Shown one piece after another: positions 11,316 to 21,261 of a stretch of DNA of 51,896 nt. Below the pieces are notes generated by a model that worked only from the letters and a program-made list of their open reading frames with translations, made no database searches and was not told where the DNA came from. The stretch covers positions 2,710 to 54,605 of the forward strand of contig JAQTXL010000002.1 of the NCBI GenBank assembly GCA_028688835.1. Direction: 5' to 3'. Origin of the DNA: Candidatus Nanopelagicales bacterium. GTDB lineage: Bacteria; Actinomycetota; Actinomycetes; S36-B12. A program made the position numbers and the translations under genes. The stretch's first letter is position 1, and each line of letters opens with the position of its first letter.

Positions 11316-12371
11316 CTACTTGATGTTCTTCACGAGTGCAGTCGCCTTGGCCAGGACCTTGCCGCCGACCGGCACGTAGCCGAGCGAAGCCGCTCGCGAC
11401 GGGCCGCACTTCTGCAGCACATAGTCCATGAACTGGCGGACGCCGCGCCCGTTGGGGCCATTGCCGTCAGTGCGGGCGAGTGCGTAGCTGAAGATCGAGA
11501 TGGGGTAGGCGCCCTTGACCTTCGACGCATAGTCGAGCTTCACCAGGCCGTTGGACTGAAGGTTCAGTTGGTTGGCCAGGTTCTTGGCGGCTGACGCTGC
11601 CGAAGGCGCGATGAACTCGCCCGAGGCGTTCTGGATGCGCGCGGCCGGGTAGCCCTTGGCATCGCCGAGGTCGACATAGCCGATGGTGCCGTCCTTGGCG
11701 ACGACATTGGCCATGACGCCCTGGTTGCCCCTGCCCGCGACCGAGTTGGCCGGCGGAGTGCCACCGGGGAATGCCGTCGACATGTCGTCCTGGACCTTCG
11801 GGAAGATCGTCGGCGCGAAGGCGTTCAGGTACTGGAGCCAGTTGTTCGTCGTGCCCGAGCTGTCCGAGCGGTAGGCGATGGTGACCGGGGTGGCCGGGAT
11901 GCCCTTGGCGATGCGCGGGTTGTCCTTGAGGATCTCAGGGTCGTTCCAGGTCTTGATGACACCCGAGTAGATCTTCGCGAGCGTGGTCTGCTTGAGCTGC
12001 AGCGATGAACCGAGGGTGCGACCGGTCGTGGCGCTCTTCAGGTTGATGGCCGCGACGACTGCTCCACCGATGTTGGGGATGTACTCCCAGCCGAAGGTGG
12101 GCTCGCCGGACGCGTAGGCGCTGTCGGTCTGCGCGAACACGAAGGTGCCCTTGGTGAAGTTGCCCTTGCCGGTGCCTGAGCCGGTCGAGGTGTAGTTGAC
12201 CGAGAAGTTCGACTGTGAGCCGTTGAAGTCAGCTGCGCACTGCTGCAGGAACACTGCAGGGAACGACGCGCCGCCGCCTGGGATGGTCTCTGCGGCCTGA
12301 GCCGGGGCTGCCATCGCAACCAATGAGAGAGCGATAGCGCTGCTGCCAGCAATCGCAAGAATGCGACGCAT
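11316..12371 (-). CDS. pstS: phosphate ABC transporter substrate-binding protein
   Basis: It has a signal peptide and the motifs GGGASFP, YTSTGSGTG, YRSDSSGTT and WNDPEI. GAAGGAG lies upstream of the ATG. Confidence 0.85.
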   Translation of the reverse strand: MRRILAIAGSSAIALSLVAMAAPAQAAETIPGGGASFPAVFLQQCAADFNGSQSNFSVNYTSTGSGTGKGNFTKGTFVFAQTDSAYASGEPTFGWEYIPNIGGAVVAAINLKSATTGRTLGSSLQLKQTTLAKIYSGVIKTWNDPEILKDNPRIAKGIPATPVTIAYRSDSSGTTNNWLQYLNAFAPTIFPKVQDDMSTAFPGGTPPANSVAGRGNQGVMANVVAKDGTIGYVDLGDAKGYPAARIQNASGEFIAPSAASAAKNLANQLNLQSNGLVKLDYASKVKGAYPISIFSYALARTDGNGPNGRGVRQFMDYVLQKCGPSRAASLGYVPVGGKVLAKATALVKNIK

Positions 12372-12464
12372 GTGATTCTCCTTCGTCTTGGGATGTGCGT
12401 TCGTTCATCAACGTAAATTGCGCTCGACACCAGTTGGTGGACTCTCGATGTGCGACGGACGACG

Positions 12465-12486
12465 CCCACATGAACATTGGGTGACG
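12465..12486 (-). promoter_or_regulatory. candidate PHO box (two 11-nt-phased TCAY repeats) upstream of pstS
   Basis: The minus strand reads CGTCACCCAAT-GTTCATGTGGG, about 95 nt upstream of the pstS ATG. It shares GTTCATGT with the site upstream of pstC. Confidence 0.3.
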
Positions 12487-12499
12487 TGGCGCGGCATCG

Positions 12500-13342
<843 letters not shown>

Positions 13343-13355
13343 GTGGATTCCTTCC

Positions 13356-14444
13356 CTAACGGCCGGGCTTGCGGGCGCCGATGACTCGGGCCAGGGTGAA
13401 CAGGACGGCGACCAGGACGATGAGCACGAGGGCGGCGCCCCAGGCTCGCGTGACCGCATCCGGGTACGGCAGGGCGACGTTGTTGAAGATGTAGGTCGGG
13501 ATGGACGAGATCGGCGAGCCCGTCGGGTTCACGACCGTCTGGTCGGCATTTCCGGCAGCCAGCAGCAGTGGGGCCGTCTCGCCGATGACGCGCGCGATAC
13601 CGAGGATGATGGCCGTGATGATGCCGGTCTTGGCTGCCGGCAGCACCACGCGGAACACCGTGCGCGACCGTGTGGATCCGAGGGCGAGGGCGCCGGTGCG
13701 CAGCTCCTCGGGCACGAGCTTGAGCACCTCCTCAGCCGTGCGGGCGACGGTCGGAAGCATGAGGATCGCGTAGGCCAGACCGCCAGCGAGTGCGCTCTGG
13801 GACAGCGCTCCCGTGACCACCAATGTGGTCAGGATGAACAGGCCGGCGACCACCGAGGGCACGCCGCTCATCGCCTGGACGAAGAAGCGCACATACGGGA
13901 CGGCACGTCCCCGCACCTCGGTGATGTACACCGCCGTGGCGATCCCGATCGGCACCGCAATCACCGCGGAGATGAGCACGATCAGGAACGTGCCGAGGAT
14001 CGCGTGCCCGATGCCGCCGTACTCCAGCGGCGTGCTGGGATTGATGTACACGTTGTTCTGGAAGATGAAGTGCGCCGACAGTGCAGCCCAGCCGCGGATG
14101 ATCAGCGAGCCGAGGAGCGAGGCCAGGATGATGCCGGTGAACACCGTCGCACCGATGGCATTCACGATGATCACCGAGTCAGCGATGCCGCGCGTGCCGC
14201 GCGTGACGTAGGCCGCCAGGCCTGAGGCGAAGATCTGCACCGGCAGGTAGACGGCGACCAGCAGCAGGGCGCCAGGGATGTCCGCGAACACGTACAGCAG
14301 GCCGACGAACACCGCAGGCGCCAGCGAGGCGATGATGACCGACCAGGTGAACCTGCGCGGCTTGCTGCGCCACGGGCGGATCGGGAGCTGCTCACGCAGC
14401 TCGACGAGGCGCGACTCGTCGAAGACCTCGGTGTGCGTGGTCAC
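13356..14444 (-). CDS. pstA: phosphate ABC transporter permease PstA
   Basis: It is a multi-TM permease with the EAA-type loop GETAPLL. The GTG start overlaps the pstC stop. Confidence 0.9.
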   Translation of the reverse strand: MTTHTEVFDESRLVELREQLPIRPWRSKPRRFTWSVIIASLAPAVFVGLLYVFADIPGALLLVAVYLPVQIFASGLAAYVTRGTRGIADSVIIVNAIGATVFTGIILASLLGSLIIRGWAALSAHFIFQNNVYINPSTPLEYGGIGHAILGTFLIVLISAVIAVPIGIATAVYITEVRGRAVPYVRFFVQAMSGVPSVVAGLFILTTLVVTGALSQSALAGGLAYAILMLPTVARTAEEVLKLVPEELRTGALALGSTRSRTVFRVVLPAAKTGIITAIILGIARVIGETAPLLLAAGNADQTVVNPTGSPISSIPTYIFNNVALPYPDAVTRAWGAALVLIVLVAVLFTLARVIGARKPGR

Positions 14445-15409
14445 TTCTGGAGCCTTCCCGTGCGCGTGACGATGAGGTTGGCGATGACGTTGACGATGAG
14501 CGTTCCCAGGAACAGGAAGAAGCCTGCAGCGAGGAGGAGGTTGAGCTCGAAGGCCCCGGACACCTCGCCGAAGCGCGAGACGATGAGCGTGGCCACAGAT
14601 CCGCCGCCGGACTCGATGACGTGGTACCAGTTCGTGTCGAACACGATCTTCAGCACGAAGAACACCGCCACGGTCTCACCGAGCGCGCGTCCGAGGCCCA
14701 GCATGATCCCGCCGACGATCCCGCCGCGTCCGTAGGGCAGTGCGACATAGCGGAGCATCGTCCACATCGAGCAGCCGAGCGCCTCGGAGGCGTTGATGAG
14801 CTCTGGCGGCGTACGACCGAGGACTTCACGCGTCACCGATGTGACGATCGGGATCATCATGATCGCGAGCACGAAGCCTGCGATGAACGGCGTCCCCTGG
14901 AAGTTGCCGGAGTCGTTCTGGAAGATCGGGATCCACCCCAGGTACTGGTTGAGGAGCTCCTGCCAGACCTGGGCCTGGGAGTTCAGGATGTAGAAGGCCC
15001 AGAGCCCCAGGATGACCGATGGGATCGCAGCCATGAGGTCGATGAAGTTCGTGAGGATCCGGGACACGCGCGGCGGTGCGATGAACACCAGGAAGATCGA
15101 CAGCAGCAGCGCCACCGGCGTGCCGATGACCAGCCCGATCCCGGCGATCAGCAGCGACCCGTACAGCATGCCGAAGATGCCCGCCGTCGGCGGATCCGTG
15201 TTGATGTCCCATCCAGTGCTCGTGAGGAACGAGAGCCCCTGGCTCTGGAATGCGGGGATCACCTGGATGCCGAGGAAGACGGCGATGCCGGCGAGCACCA
15301 GCAGTGCAGTGAAGGCGGCACCGGTCACGACCCGGTTGAAGATGCGGTCACCTCGGTGCGAGGTGGCGGCAGCCTGCAGGTCGCGTTGACCCAGGTCGGG
15401 GTTGGCCAT
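14441..15409 (-). CDS. pstC: phosphate ABC transporter permease PstC
   Basis: It is a multi-TM permease with ALGETVAV and is the first gene of the pst string. Confidence 0.9.
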   Translation of the reverse strand: MANPDLGQRDLQAAATSHRGDRIFNRVVTGAAFTALLVLAGIAVFLGIQVIPAFQSQGLSFLTSTGWDINTDPPTAGIFGMLYGSLLIAGIGLVIGTPVALLLSIFLVFIAPPRVSRILTNFIDLMAAIPSVILGLWAFYILNSQAQVWQELLNQYLGWIPIFQNDSGNFQGTPFIAGFVLAIMMIPIVTSVTREVLGRTPPELINASEALGCSMWTMLRYVALPYGRGGIVGGIMLGLGRALGETVAVFFVLKIVFDTNWYHVIESGGGSVATLIVSRFGEVSGAFELNLLLAAGFFLFLGTLIVNVIANLIVTRTGRLQK

Positions 15410-15448
15410 GCATCGATCCTGCCGAGGACGACTGAAATCCCGGGGTGT

Positions 15449-15481
15449 CCAATGGGAACCCCGGGCTACCGGAACATGAAC
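15449..15481 (-). promoter_or_regulatory. candidate PHO boxes (three 11-nt direct-repeat units) upstream of pstC
   Basis: The minus strand reads GTTCATGTTCC-GGTAGCCCGGG-GTTCCCATTGG, 40-70 nt upstream of the pstC ATG. This resembles the actinobacterial PhoP GTTCACC-type repeat. Confidence 0.35.
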
Positions 15482-15554
15482 GCGAGGTGAATTCGCCTAG
15501 GTGCTGGCGCAGGGGGTCCTGGTCGGTGCTGGACGCCTCGCGCAAGGATGAGCC

Positions 15555-16205
15555 ATGCACATCGACCTGTGGTCCGACCTCGTCTGCCCGTGGTGCTTCA
15601 TCGGCAAGCGCCAGCTCGAAGCCGCGCTCGCGGAGTTCCCCCATCGCGACGAGGTGACGATCCAGCACCGCGCCTACCAGCTCAACCCCGGTGCCTCGAC
15701 GACCACGGAGCGCACCACCGAGATGCTCGCAAGCAAGTACGGGGTCGACATCGCGCAGGCCGAGGCGATGCAGCGCAACGTCACCGAGGCGGCGGCCGGG
15801 GTCGGGCTGCGCTACCAGCTCGAGCGCACGCTGAGCGGCAATACCCGCGATGGCCACCGACTCGTGCTGTGGGCGCAGGAGCTCGACCATGCGCGTGGCC
15901 AGCTGCTGCTCGAGCGGCTGTTCAGCGCCCACTTCGAGCAGGCGCAGTCGATCTTCGACACTCCCGCACTCGTCGAGTTCGCCGTTGCCGAGGGCTTCGA
16001 CGCGGATGCTGCGGCGACGATGCTCGCGAGTGACGCCTACGTCGCCCAGGTCCAGCAGGAGCAGCAGATCGCGCAGACGCTCGGCTGCCAGGGCGTGCCG
16101 TTCTTCGTGCTCGACGAGCGGTTCGGCGTCACGGGGGCCCAGCCGCCCGAGGTCTTCGCCTCCGCACTCCAGCAGGCGTGGGACGCCGAGCAGGCCGATC
16201 GCTGA
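15555..16205 (+). CDS. DsbA-family (FrnE-like) thiol oxidoreductase
   Basis: The active site DLVCPWCFIGK lies at the N-terminus, and GVPFFV occurs near the C-terminus. Confidence 0.85.
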   Translation: MHIDLWSDLVCPWCFIGKRQLEAALAEFPHRDEVTIQHRAYQLNPGASTTTERTTEMLASKYGVDIAQAEAMQRNVTEAAAGVGLRYQLERTLSGNTRDGHRLVLWAQELDHARGQLLLERLFSAHFEQAQSIFDTPALVEFAVAEGFDADAAATMLASDAYVAQVQQEQQIAQTLGCQGVPFFVLDERFGVTGAQPPEVFASALQQAWDAEQADR

Positions 16206-16807
16206 TGCCCGGGCGGATCATCCTCATCCGGCACGGCGAGACCGACTGGAGTCGCGACGGCCGGCACACCGGGCTGACCGACCTGCCGCTCACTGAGGCG
16301 GGCGAGACGGCCGCGCGGACGCTGGCATCACTGCTGCCCGCCGAGGTTGACCTCACCCTCTGCAGTCCGCTCCAGCGAGCACAGCGCACTGCGCAGCTCG
16401 CCGGCCTCACCGTCACCGCGATCGACCCGGACCTCGTCGAGTGGGACTACGGCGCCTGGGAGGGCCGCACCACCGCCGAGATCCGCACGACCCTGGGAGC
16501 ACCTGACTGGGTCATCTGGGACCACCCCATCCCAGCCGGCAGCACCTCCGGCGAGCAGCTGTCGGACATCGGCAGGCGCACGGGGCGCATCATCGAGCGA
16601 TGCCTGCCGATCGTGCGTGCCGGCGGCACCTGCGCGCTCGTCGCACACGGTCACGTGCTGCGCATCCTCACGGCACACTGGCTCGGGCTGGACCCGATCG
16701 ACGGGCGCCTCCTCGCGCTCGACCCGGCGACGCTCTCGGTGCTCGGGTTCGAGCATGAGCAGCGGGTCATCCGCACCTGGAACTCGCACGCCGCGCTCAC
16801 TCGCTAG
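16205..16807 (+). CDS. histidine phosphatase (phosphoglycerate mutase) family protein
   Basis: The RHGET motif occurs in IILIRHGETDWS. The ATG at 16205 overlaps the upstream TGA. Confidence 0.85.
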   Translation: MPGRIILIRHGETDWSRDGRHTGLTDLPLTEAGETAARTLASLLPAEVDLTLCSPLQRAQRTAQLAGLTVTAIDPDLVEWDYGAWEGRTTAEIRTTLGAPDWVIWDHPIPAGSTSGEQLSDIGRRTGRIIERCLPIVRAGGTCALVAHGHVLRILTAHWLGLDPIDGRLLALDPATLSVLGFEHEQRVIRTWNSHAALTR

Positions 16808-16816
16808 GTTGCTCCC

Positions 16817-17017
16817 GTGCAGACCGATCCGGCGACCCTGCGGCAGGTGCGCTTCGGCGTCTTCCTGCAGTCCTTCGCCGCCATCCTGCTGATCGGCACC
16901 GGCATCGTGCGCTGGACGGCCTTCGGCTTCGACATCTGGGCCTTCGTCACCATCCTCGCCGGACTGGGCTCGGCCACTGCGGCCTTCTTCCTCGTGCGCG
17001 TGCTGCGCCGGGCCTGA
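16817..17017 (+). CDS. small 2-TM membrane protein (66 aa)
   Basis: It has very high GC3 and two hydrophobic helices. The start is GTG and there is no strong SD. Confidence 0.5.
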   Translation: MQTDPATLRQVRFGVFLQSFAAILLIGTGIVRWTAFGFDIWAFVTILAGLGSATAAFFLVRVLRRA

Positions 17018-17054
17018 TCCGCCCCCGGCGCGAGCACACGGCCCGGTAGACTCC

Positions 17055-17155
17055 GGCCCACCAAGGGGAGCTCGCGCGATCGGCGGGCTGAGAGGGTGGA
17101 CGACTCCACCGACCCAATGAACCTGATCTGGGTAATGCCAGCGCAAGGGAAGAGG
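17055..17155 (+). promoter_or_regulatory. TPP (THI-box) riboswitch
   Basis: GGGGAGC ... CTGAGA ... ACCC-AATGAACCTGATCTGGGTAATGCCAGCGCAAGGGA lies immediately 5' of the thiamine-binding protein gene. Confidence 0.9.
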
Positions 17156-17160
17156 TCGCC

Positions 17161-18225
17161 ATGCATCGTGCCCTGTCCGCAATCGCCGTCACGCTCGTCA
17201 CCGGGACAGCCCTGCTCCTGGCCGGCTGCAGCTCGTCACCACCGCAGACCGCTGGCCAGGGCCCGACGACCGTGCGCCTGCTCACGCATGACTCCTTCGT
17301 CGTGTCCAAGGCGCTGATCGAGCAGCTCAAGCACGACACCGGCATCACGCTCGAGGTCAGCAGCGCAGGCGACGCGGGCAGCATGGTGGCCGGTGCCGTG
17401 CTGGCAGCCGGATCGCCGAGCGCCGACGTCCTGTTCGGCGTCGACAACACCCTCGTGAGCACGGCGGTCGACGCGGGAGTGTTCGCCCCGTTCACGGCGA
17501 GCGACGCGTCCGCACTGCTGCCCGCGCTCCAGCAGGACACCTCCGGGGGCCTGGTGACGCCGATCGACTACGGCGATGTGTGCATCAACCTCGACGACTC
17601 GTGGTTCGCCGAGCACCGCCTGGCCAGGCCCACCTCCCTCGACCAGCTCACCACTCCCGCGTACCGCAACCTGCTCGTCGTCGAGGACCCGGCCACCTCC
17701 TCTCCCGGGCTCGCCTTCCTGCTGGCGACCATCGCCCGCTACGGCGACGGCTGGCAGCGGTACTGGCAGGCCCTGGAGCGCAACGGCGTGCAGGTGTCCG
17801 GCTCCTGGACCGACGCCTACGAGAGCGCGTTCAGCGCCGGCAGCGGGACCCGCCCGATGGTCGTCTCCTACGCGACGAGCCCGCCGGCGGAGATCGTCTA
17901 CGCAGGCGACCCCAAGCCGACCAGGCCGTCGACCTCCGTGCTGACCGACGGGTGCTATCGCCAGGTGGAGTACGCGGGCGTGCTCAAGGGAACTGCCGAT
18001 GAGGCGGCCGCCGGCACGGTCGTCGACTGGCTGCTGTCGGCGCCGGTGCAGGCCGATGTACCGCTGTCGATGTTCGTGTTCCCGGCACGCAGCGGCACGC
18101 CACTGCCTGATGTGTTCACGAAGTTCGCAGCCGTCGTCCCCAACCCCTCCCAGCTGCCAGCCACCGAGGTCGCTGCGAACCTGCGCACCTGGCTGGCCGA
18201 CTGGGGCACGGTGATGGGCCGCTGA
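17161..18225 (+). CDS. thiB: thiamine ABC transporter substrate-binding lipoprotein
   Basis: A lipobox LLAGC is present, the fold is a family-1 SBP, and the gene sits directly behind the TPP riboswitch. Confidence 0.8.
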   Translation: MHRALSAIAVTLVTGTALLLAGCSSSPPQTAGQGPTTVRLLTHDSFVVSKALIEQLKHDTGITLEVSSAGDAGSMVAGAVLAAGSPSADVLFGVDNTLVSTAVDAGVFAPFTASDASALLPALQQDTSGGLVTPIDYGDVCINLDDSWFAEHRLARPTSLDQLTTPAYRNLLVVEDPATSSPGLAFLLATIARYGDGWQRYWQALERNGVQVSGSWTDAYESAFSAGSGTRPMVVSYATSPPAEIVYAGDPKPTRPSTSVLTDGCYRQVEYAGVLKGTADEAAAGTVVDWLLSAPVQADVPLSMFVFPARSGTPLPDVFTKFAAVVPNPSQLPATEVAANLRTWLADWGTVMGR

Positions 18226-18248
18226 ACACGCCTGCATGGCTGCGGTGG

Positions 18249-19784
18249 GTGTGGGTGGTGCCCGCACTCTTCCTCGGCGTGCTGCTCGTCGCACCGCTGG
18301 CATCCGTGCTGCGTCACGCGTTCGACCAGCCCAGCGGCCTCGACCTCGGCACGACTGGCGGGATCGCAGCCTTGGCAGCACTGCAGGCGGCGATCAGCAC
18401 CGCGCTGGCCCTGCTCATCGGTCTGCCGATCGCCGGGATCCTGGCGACCTACCGGTTCCGCGGCCGCGGACTCCTGCAGGCACTGGCGACCGTTCCCTTC
18501 GTGCTGCCCACGGTGGTCATCGCCCTGGCGTTCCGCGGGCTGCTCGGCGCCCGCATCGAGCCCGGCCTCCTGCTCGTGATCCTCGCGCACGTGTACATCA
18601 ACCTGGCGGTCATCGTGCGCATCGTCGGGGCGAACTGGCAGCAGCTCGACCCGCGCACCGCGCTGGCCGCTCGCAGTCTCGGGGCCAGTCCCCTCACCGC
18701 CTTCCGCACGATCACGCTGCCCGAGCTCAAGGCCTCCATCACCTCAGCGGCCGCCGTCGTGTTCGTGTTCTGCTTCTCCTCGCTCGGCGTCGTGCTGATC
18801 CTCGGAGACAGCGGCACACGCACGCTCGAATCCCAGATCCTGCGCCAGACCTCGCTCCTGCTCGACTTCCCGGCCGCAGCCGTGACCGCGCTGCTGCAGA
18901 TCGCCGTGGTGTCGGCAGCGCTCCTGCTCGGCGCTCGTGCGTCCATGACGCGCACGAGGTTCGGAGCCGCCGCTCGAGCCACGCCAGCACCGAGGCCCCG
19001 ATCGGTGCGCGCGCGCGTCCATGTCGCGGTGGTCGCGACGATCGCCCTGGTGATCCTCCTGCTGCCGCTGCTGTCCCTTGCGAGCGCATCACTGCGCAGC
19101 GAGCACGGCTGGACGCTCGAGTGGTGGCGGTCAGTGGCCTCCATCGACGCCGGCACCACGCGACTGGGCTCGCCGGTCGAGGCGATCGCAACCTCCGTGC
19201 GCTACGCGCTGATCACCGGCGTGATCGCCAGCGTCGTCGGCGTGCTGGCCGCCATGAGCGTCCTGGCGCACCGTCTGGGCCGCGCGATCGCAGTCATCGC
19301 GCTCGCCCCGCTGGGAGTGTCCGCAGCCACGCTCGGGCTCGGCATGATGCTGACCTTCGGGCGTCCGCCACTCGACCTCCGCGCGACAGCGCTCTTGGTG
19401 CCACTGGCCCATTCCCTCGTCGCAGTGCCCCTGGTGATCGCGGTCGTGCTGCCGTCACTGCGGTCCGGTGATGCACGGCTCGTACGTGCCGCCGCCTCCC
19501 TCGGCGCCGCACCGACCCGCGCCTTCCTCACGGCATACGGGCCGATCCTGCGCGTGGTGATGATCGCGGCCGGTGGGCTGGCCGCGTGCGTGTCCCTCGG
19601 TGAGTTCGGTGCAGCCTCGTTCCTGGCACGCACCGATGCGCCCACGGTCCCGGTGCAGATCGTCCGGCTCCTGCAGCGGCCGGGCGAGGCGTCGGTCGGC
19701 GTCGCATCCGCCCTTGCCATGCTGCTCGTCGTGGGCACGCTGGTGCTGGTGTCCGCAGTCGATGCGCTGGGGAGGAGGAGGTGA
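18249..19784 (+). CDS. thiP: thiamine ABC transporter permease (duplicated two-domain type)
   Basis: It is a 511-aa, 12-TM double permease. The exact start is uncertain (GTG at 18249). Confidence 0.78.
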   Translation: MWVVPALFLGVLLVAPLASVLRHAFDQPSGLDLGTTGGIAALAALQAAISTALALLIGLPIAGILATYRFRGRGLLQALATVPFVLPTVVIALAFRGLLGARIEPGLLLVILAHVYINLAVIVRIVGANWQQLDPRTALAARSLGASPLTAFRTITLPELKASITSAAAVVFVFCFSSLGVVLILGDSGTRTLESQILRQTSLLLDFPAAAVTALLQIAVVSAALLLGARASMTRTRFGAAARATPAPRPRSVRARVHVAVVATIALVILLLPLLSLASASLRSEHGWTLEWWRSVASIDAGTTRLGSPVEAIATSVRYALITGVIASVVGVLAAMSVLAHRLGRAIAVIALAPLGVSAATLGLGMMLTFGRPPLDLRATALLVPLAHSLVAVPLVIAVVLPSLRSGDARLVRAAASLGAAPTRAFLTAYGPILRVVMIAAGGLAACVSLGEFGAASFLARTDAPTVPVQIVRLLQRPGEASVGVASALAMLLVVGTLVLVSAVDALGRRR

Positions 19785-20440
19785 CCGCGATGACCCAGGG
19801 CCTGCAGCTCGAGCACCTGTGCGTCGGCTACGACGAGCCGCTGCTGACGGCCGATCTCGCCATCCCCCAGGGCAGCCTCATCGCCATCCTCGGCCCGAGC
19901 GGCAGCGGGAAGTCGACCCTGCTCGCCTCTGTGCTGGGCAGCATCCCGGCACTGTCGGGTCGCGTCATCGTCGACGGGCACGACATCACCGCGATGCCCA
20001 CCCATGAGCGGCGCATCGGCATGGTCTTCCAGGATCCGCTGCTGTTCGCGCACCTCACGGTCGTGCAGAACGTCATGTACGGGCTGCGGCGCGCCGGCAT
20101 GGCGCGGGCTGCTGCACGCGCACGGGCCGTCGAGCTGCTCGACTGGGTCGGCATGGCCGGCTACGAGGCGCGCTCAGTTCTCGAGCTGAGCGGAGGCCAG
20201 GCGCAGCGCGTGGCCCTCGTGCGCGCCCTCGCACCAGAGCCTCGGGCGCTGCTGCTCGACGAGCCGTACAGCGCGCTCGATGCAGACCTGCGCAGCAGGC
20301 TGGCAGCCGAGGTCGCCACGCTGCTGCGTGAGCGGCAGGTGACCGCGATCCATGTCACGCACGATGTCGATGAGGCCATGTCGATCACCCCAGACGTGTA
20401 CCGCGTGCTCGATGGCACGCTGGTGCGCTCGGCTATGTGA
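19781..20440 (+). CDS. thiQ: thiamine ABC transporter ATP-binding protein
   Basis: It carries GPSGSGKST, LSGGQAQRVAL and LLLDEP. Its start overlaps the thiP stop. Confidence 0.8.
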   Translation: MTAMTQGLQLEHLCVGYDEPLLTADLAIPQGSLIAILGPSGSGKSTLLASVLGSIPALSGRVIVDGHDITAMPTHERRIGMVFQDPLLFAHLTVVQNVMYGLRRAGMARAAARARAVELLDWVGMAGYEARSVLELSGGQAQRVALVRALAPEPRALLLDEPYSALDADLRSRLAAEVATLLRERQVTAIHVTHDVDEAMSITPDVYRVLDGTLVRSAM

Positions 20441-21230
20441 AGTCGACCATGAGCGGCGCGTGGTCGCTCCAACGCTCGGCATAGGTCGCAGCCTTCCCGA
20501 CCGTCGCGGTGTGCGCGCGAGCGGCGAGCTTCGCCGTCGTGATCACGTAGTCGATGCGCCAGCCGCCATCGGTGTCGAAGCCCTTACCGCGCCAGGACCA
20601 CCACGTGTACGGGCCCGGGCCGGGGCCGCCGAGCGCGCGGCCAAGGTCGATCCACGCCGAGTCGAACCACCGGTCGAGGTAGACCCGCTCCTCGGGCAGG
20701 AAGCCGGAGTTCTTGAGGTTGCCCTTCCAGTTCTTGATGTCGACCTCACGGTGGGCGACGTTGAAGTCGCCGCAGATGACGGCAGGCCGCTTGCGCCTCG
20801 GCGACTGCAGCGTGGCCAGTCGGGCGTCCATCGCCTCGAGGAACACGTACTTCTCGTCCTGCCGCACGGTGCCGACCTCGCCTGCATTGACGTAGACGGA
20901 CGCCACGGTGATCGGACCGACGGCCGTGTCGATCTCGACCTCGATCCAGCGGCCCTGGGCATCGAGGCGCGAGTCCTTGGTCGAGACGGCCTTGTGCGGC
21001 TCGCGCGTCAGGACTGCGACGCCGGCACGCCCGAGCTGCGGTGCTGGTGAGTGCGCGACGAAGTAGTGCGCCAATGGTGAGTCGTGCAGCACCTCGTGCA
21101 GCTGCTCATGCGTGGCGCGCACCTCCTGCAGGCAGATGACGTCAGCGTCGGCGGCACCGAGCCACTCGAGCCCGCCCCGACGTGCGGTCGCGCGGATGCC
21201 GTTGACATTGACGGTCAGCACTCGAAGCAT
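20433..21230 (-). CDS. xthA: exodeoxyribonuclease III
   Basis: It carries LTVNVNGIRA, DVICLQE, GDFNVAH, WWSWRG and SDHAP. Confidence 0.92.
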   Translation of the reverse strand: MLRVLTVNVNGIRATARRGGLEWLGAADADVICLQEVRATHEQLHEVLHDSPLAHYFVAHSPAPQLGRAGVAVLTREPHKAVSTKDSRLDAQGRWIEVEIDTAVGPITVASVYVNAGEVGTVRQDEKYVFLEAMDARLATLQSPRRKRPAVICGDFNVAHREVDIKNWKGNLKNSGFLPEERVYLDRWFDSAWIDLGRALGGPGPGPYTWWSWRGKGFDTDGGWRIDYVITTAKLAARAHTATVGKAATYAERWSDHAPLMVDFT

Positions 21231-21261
21231 GCGGGCATCGTGCCAGACGGATCATGCTGCG

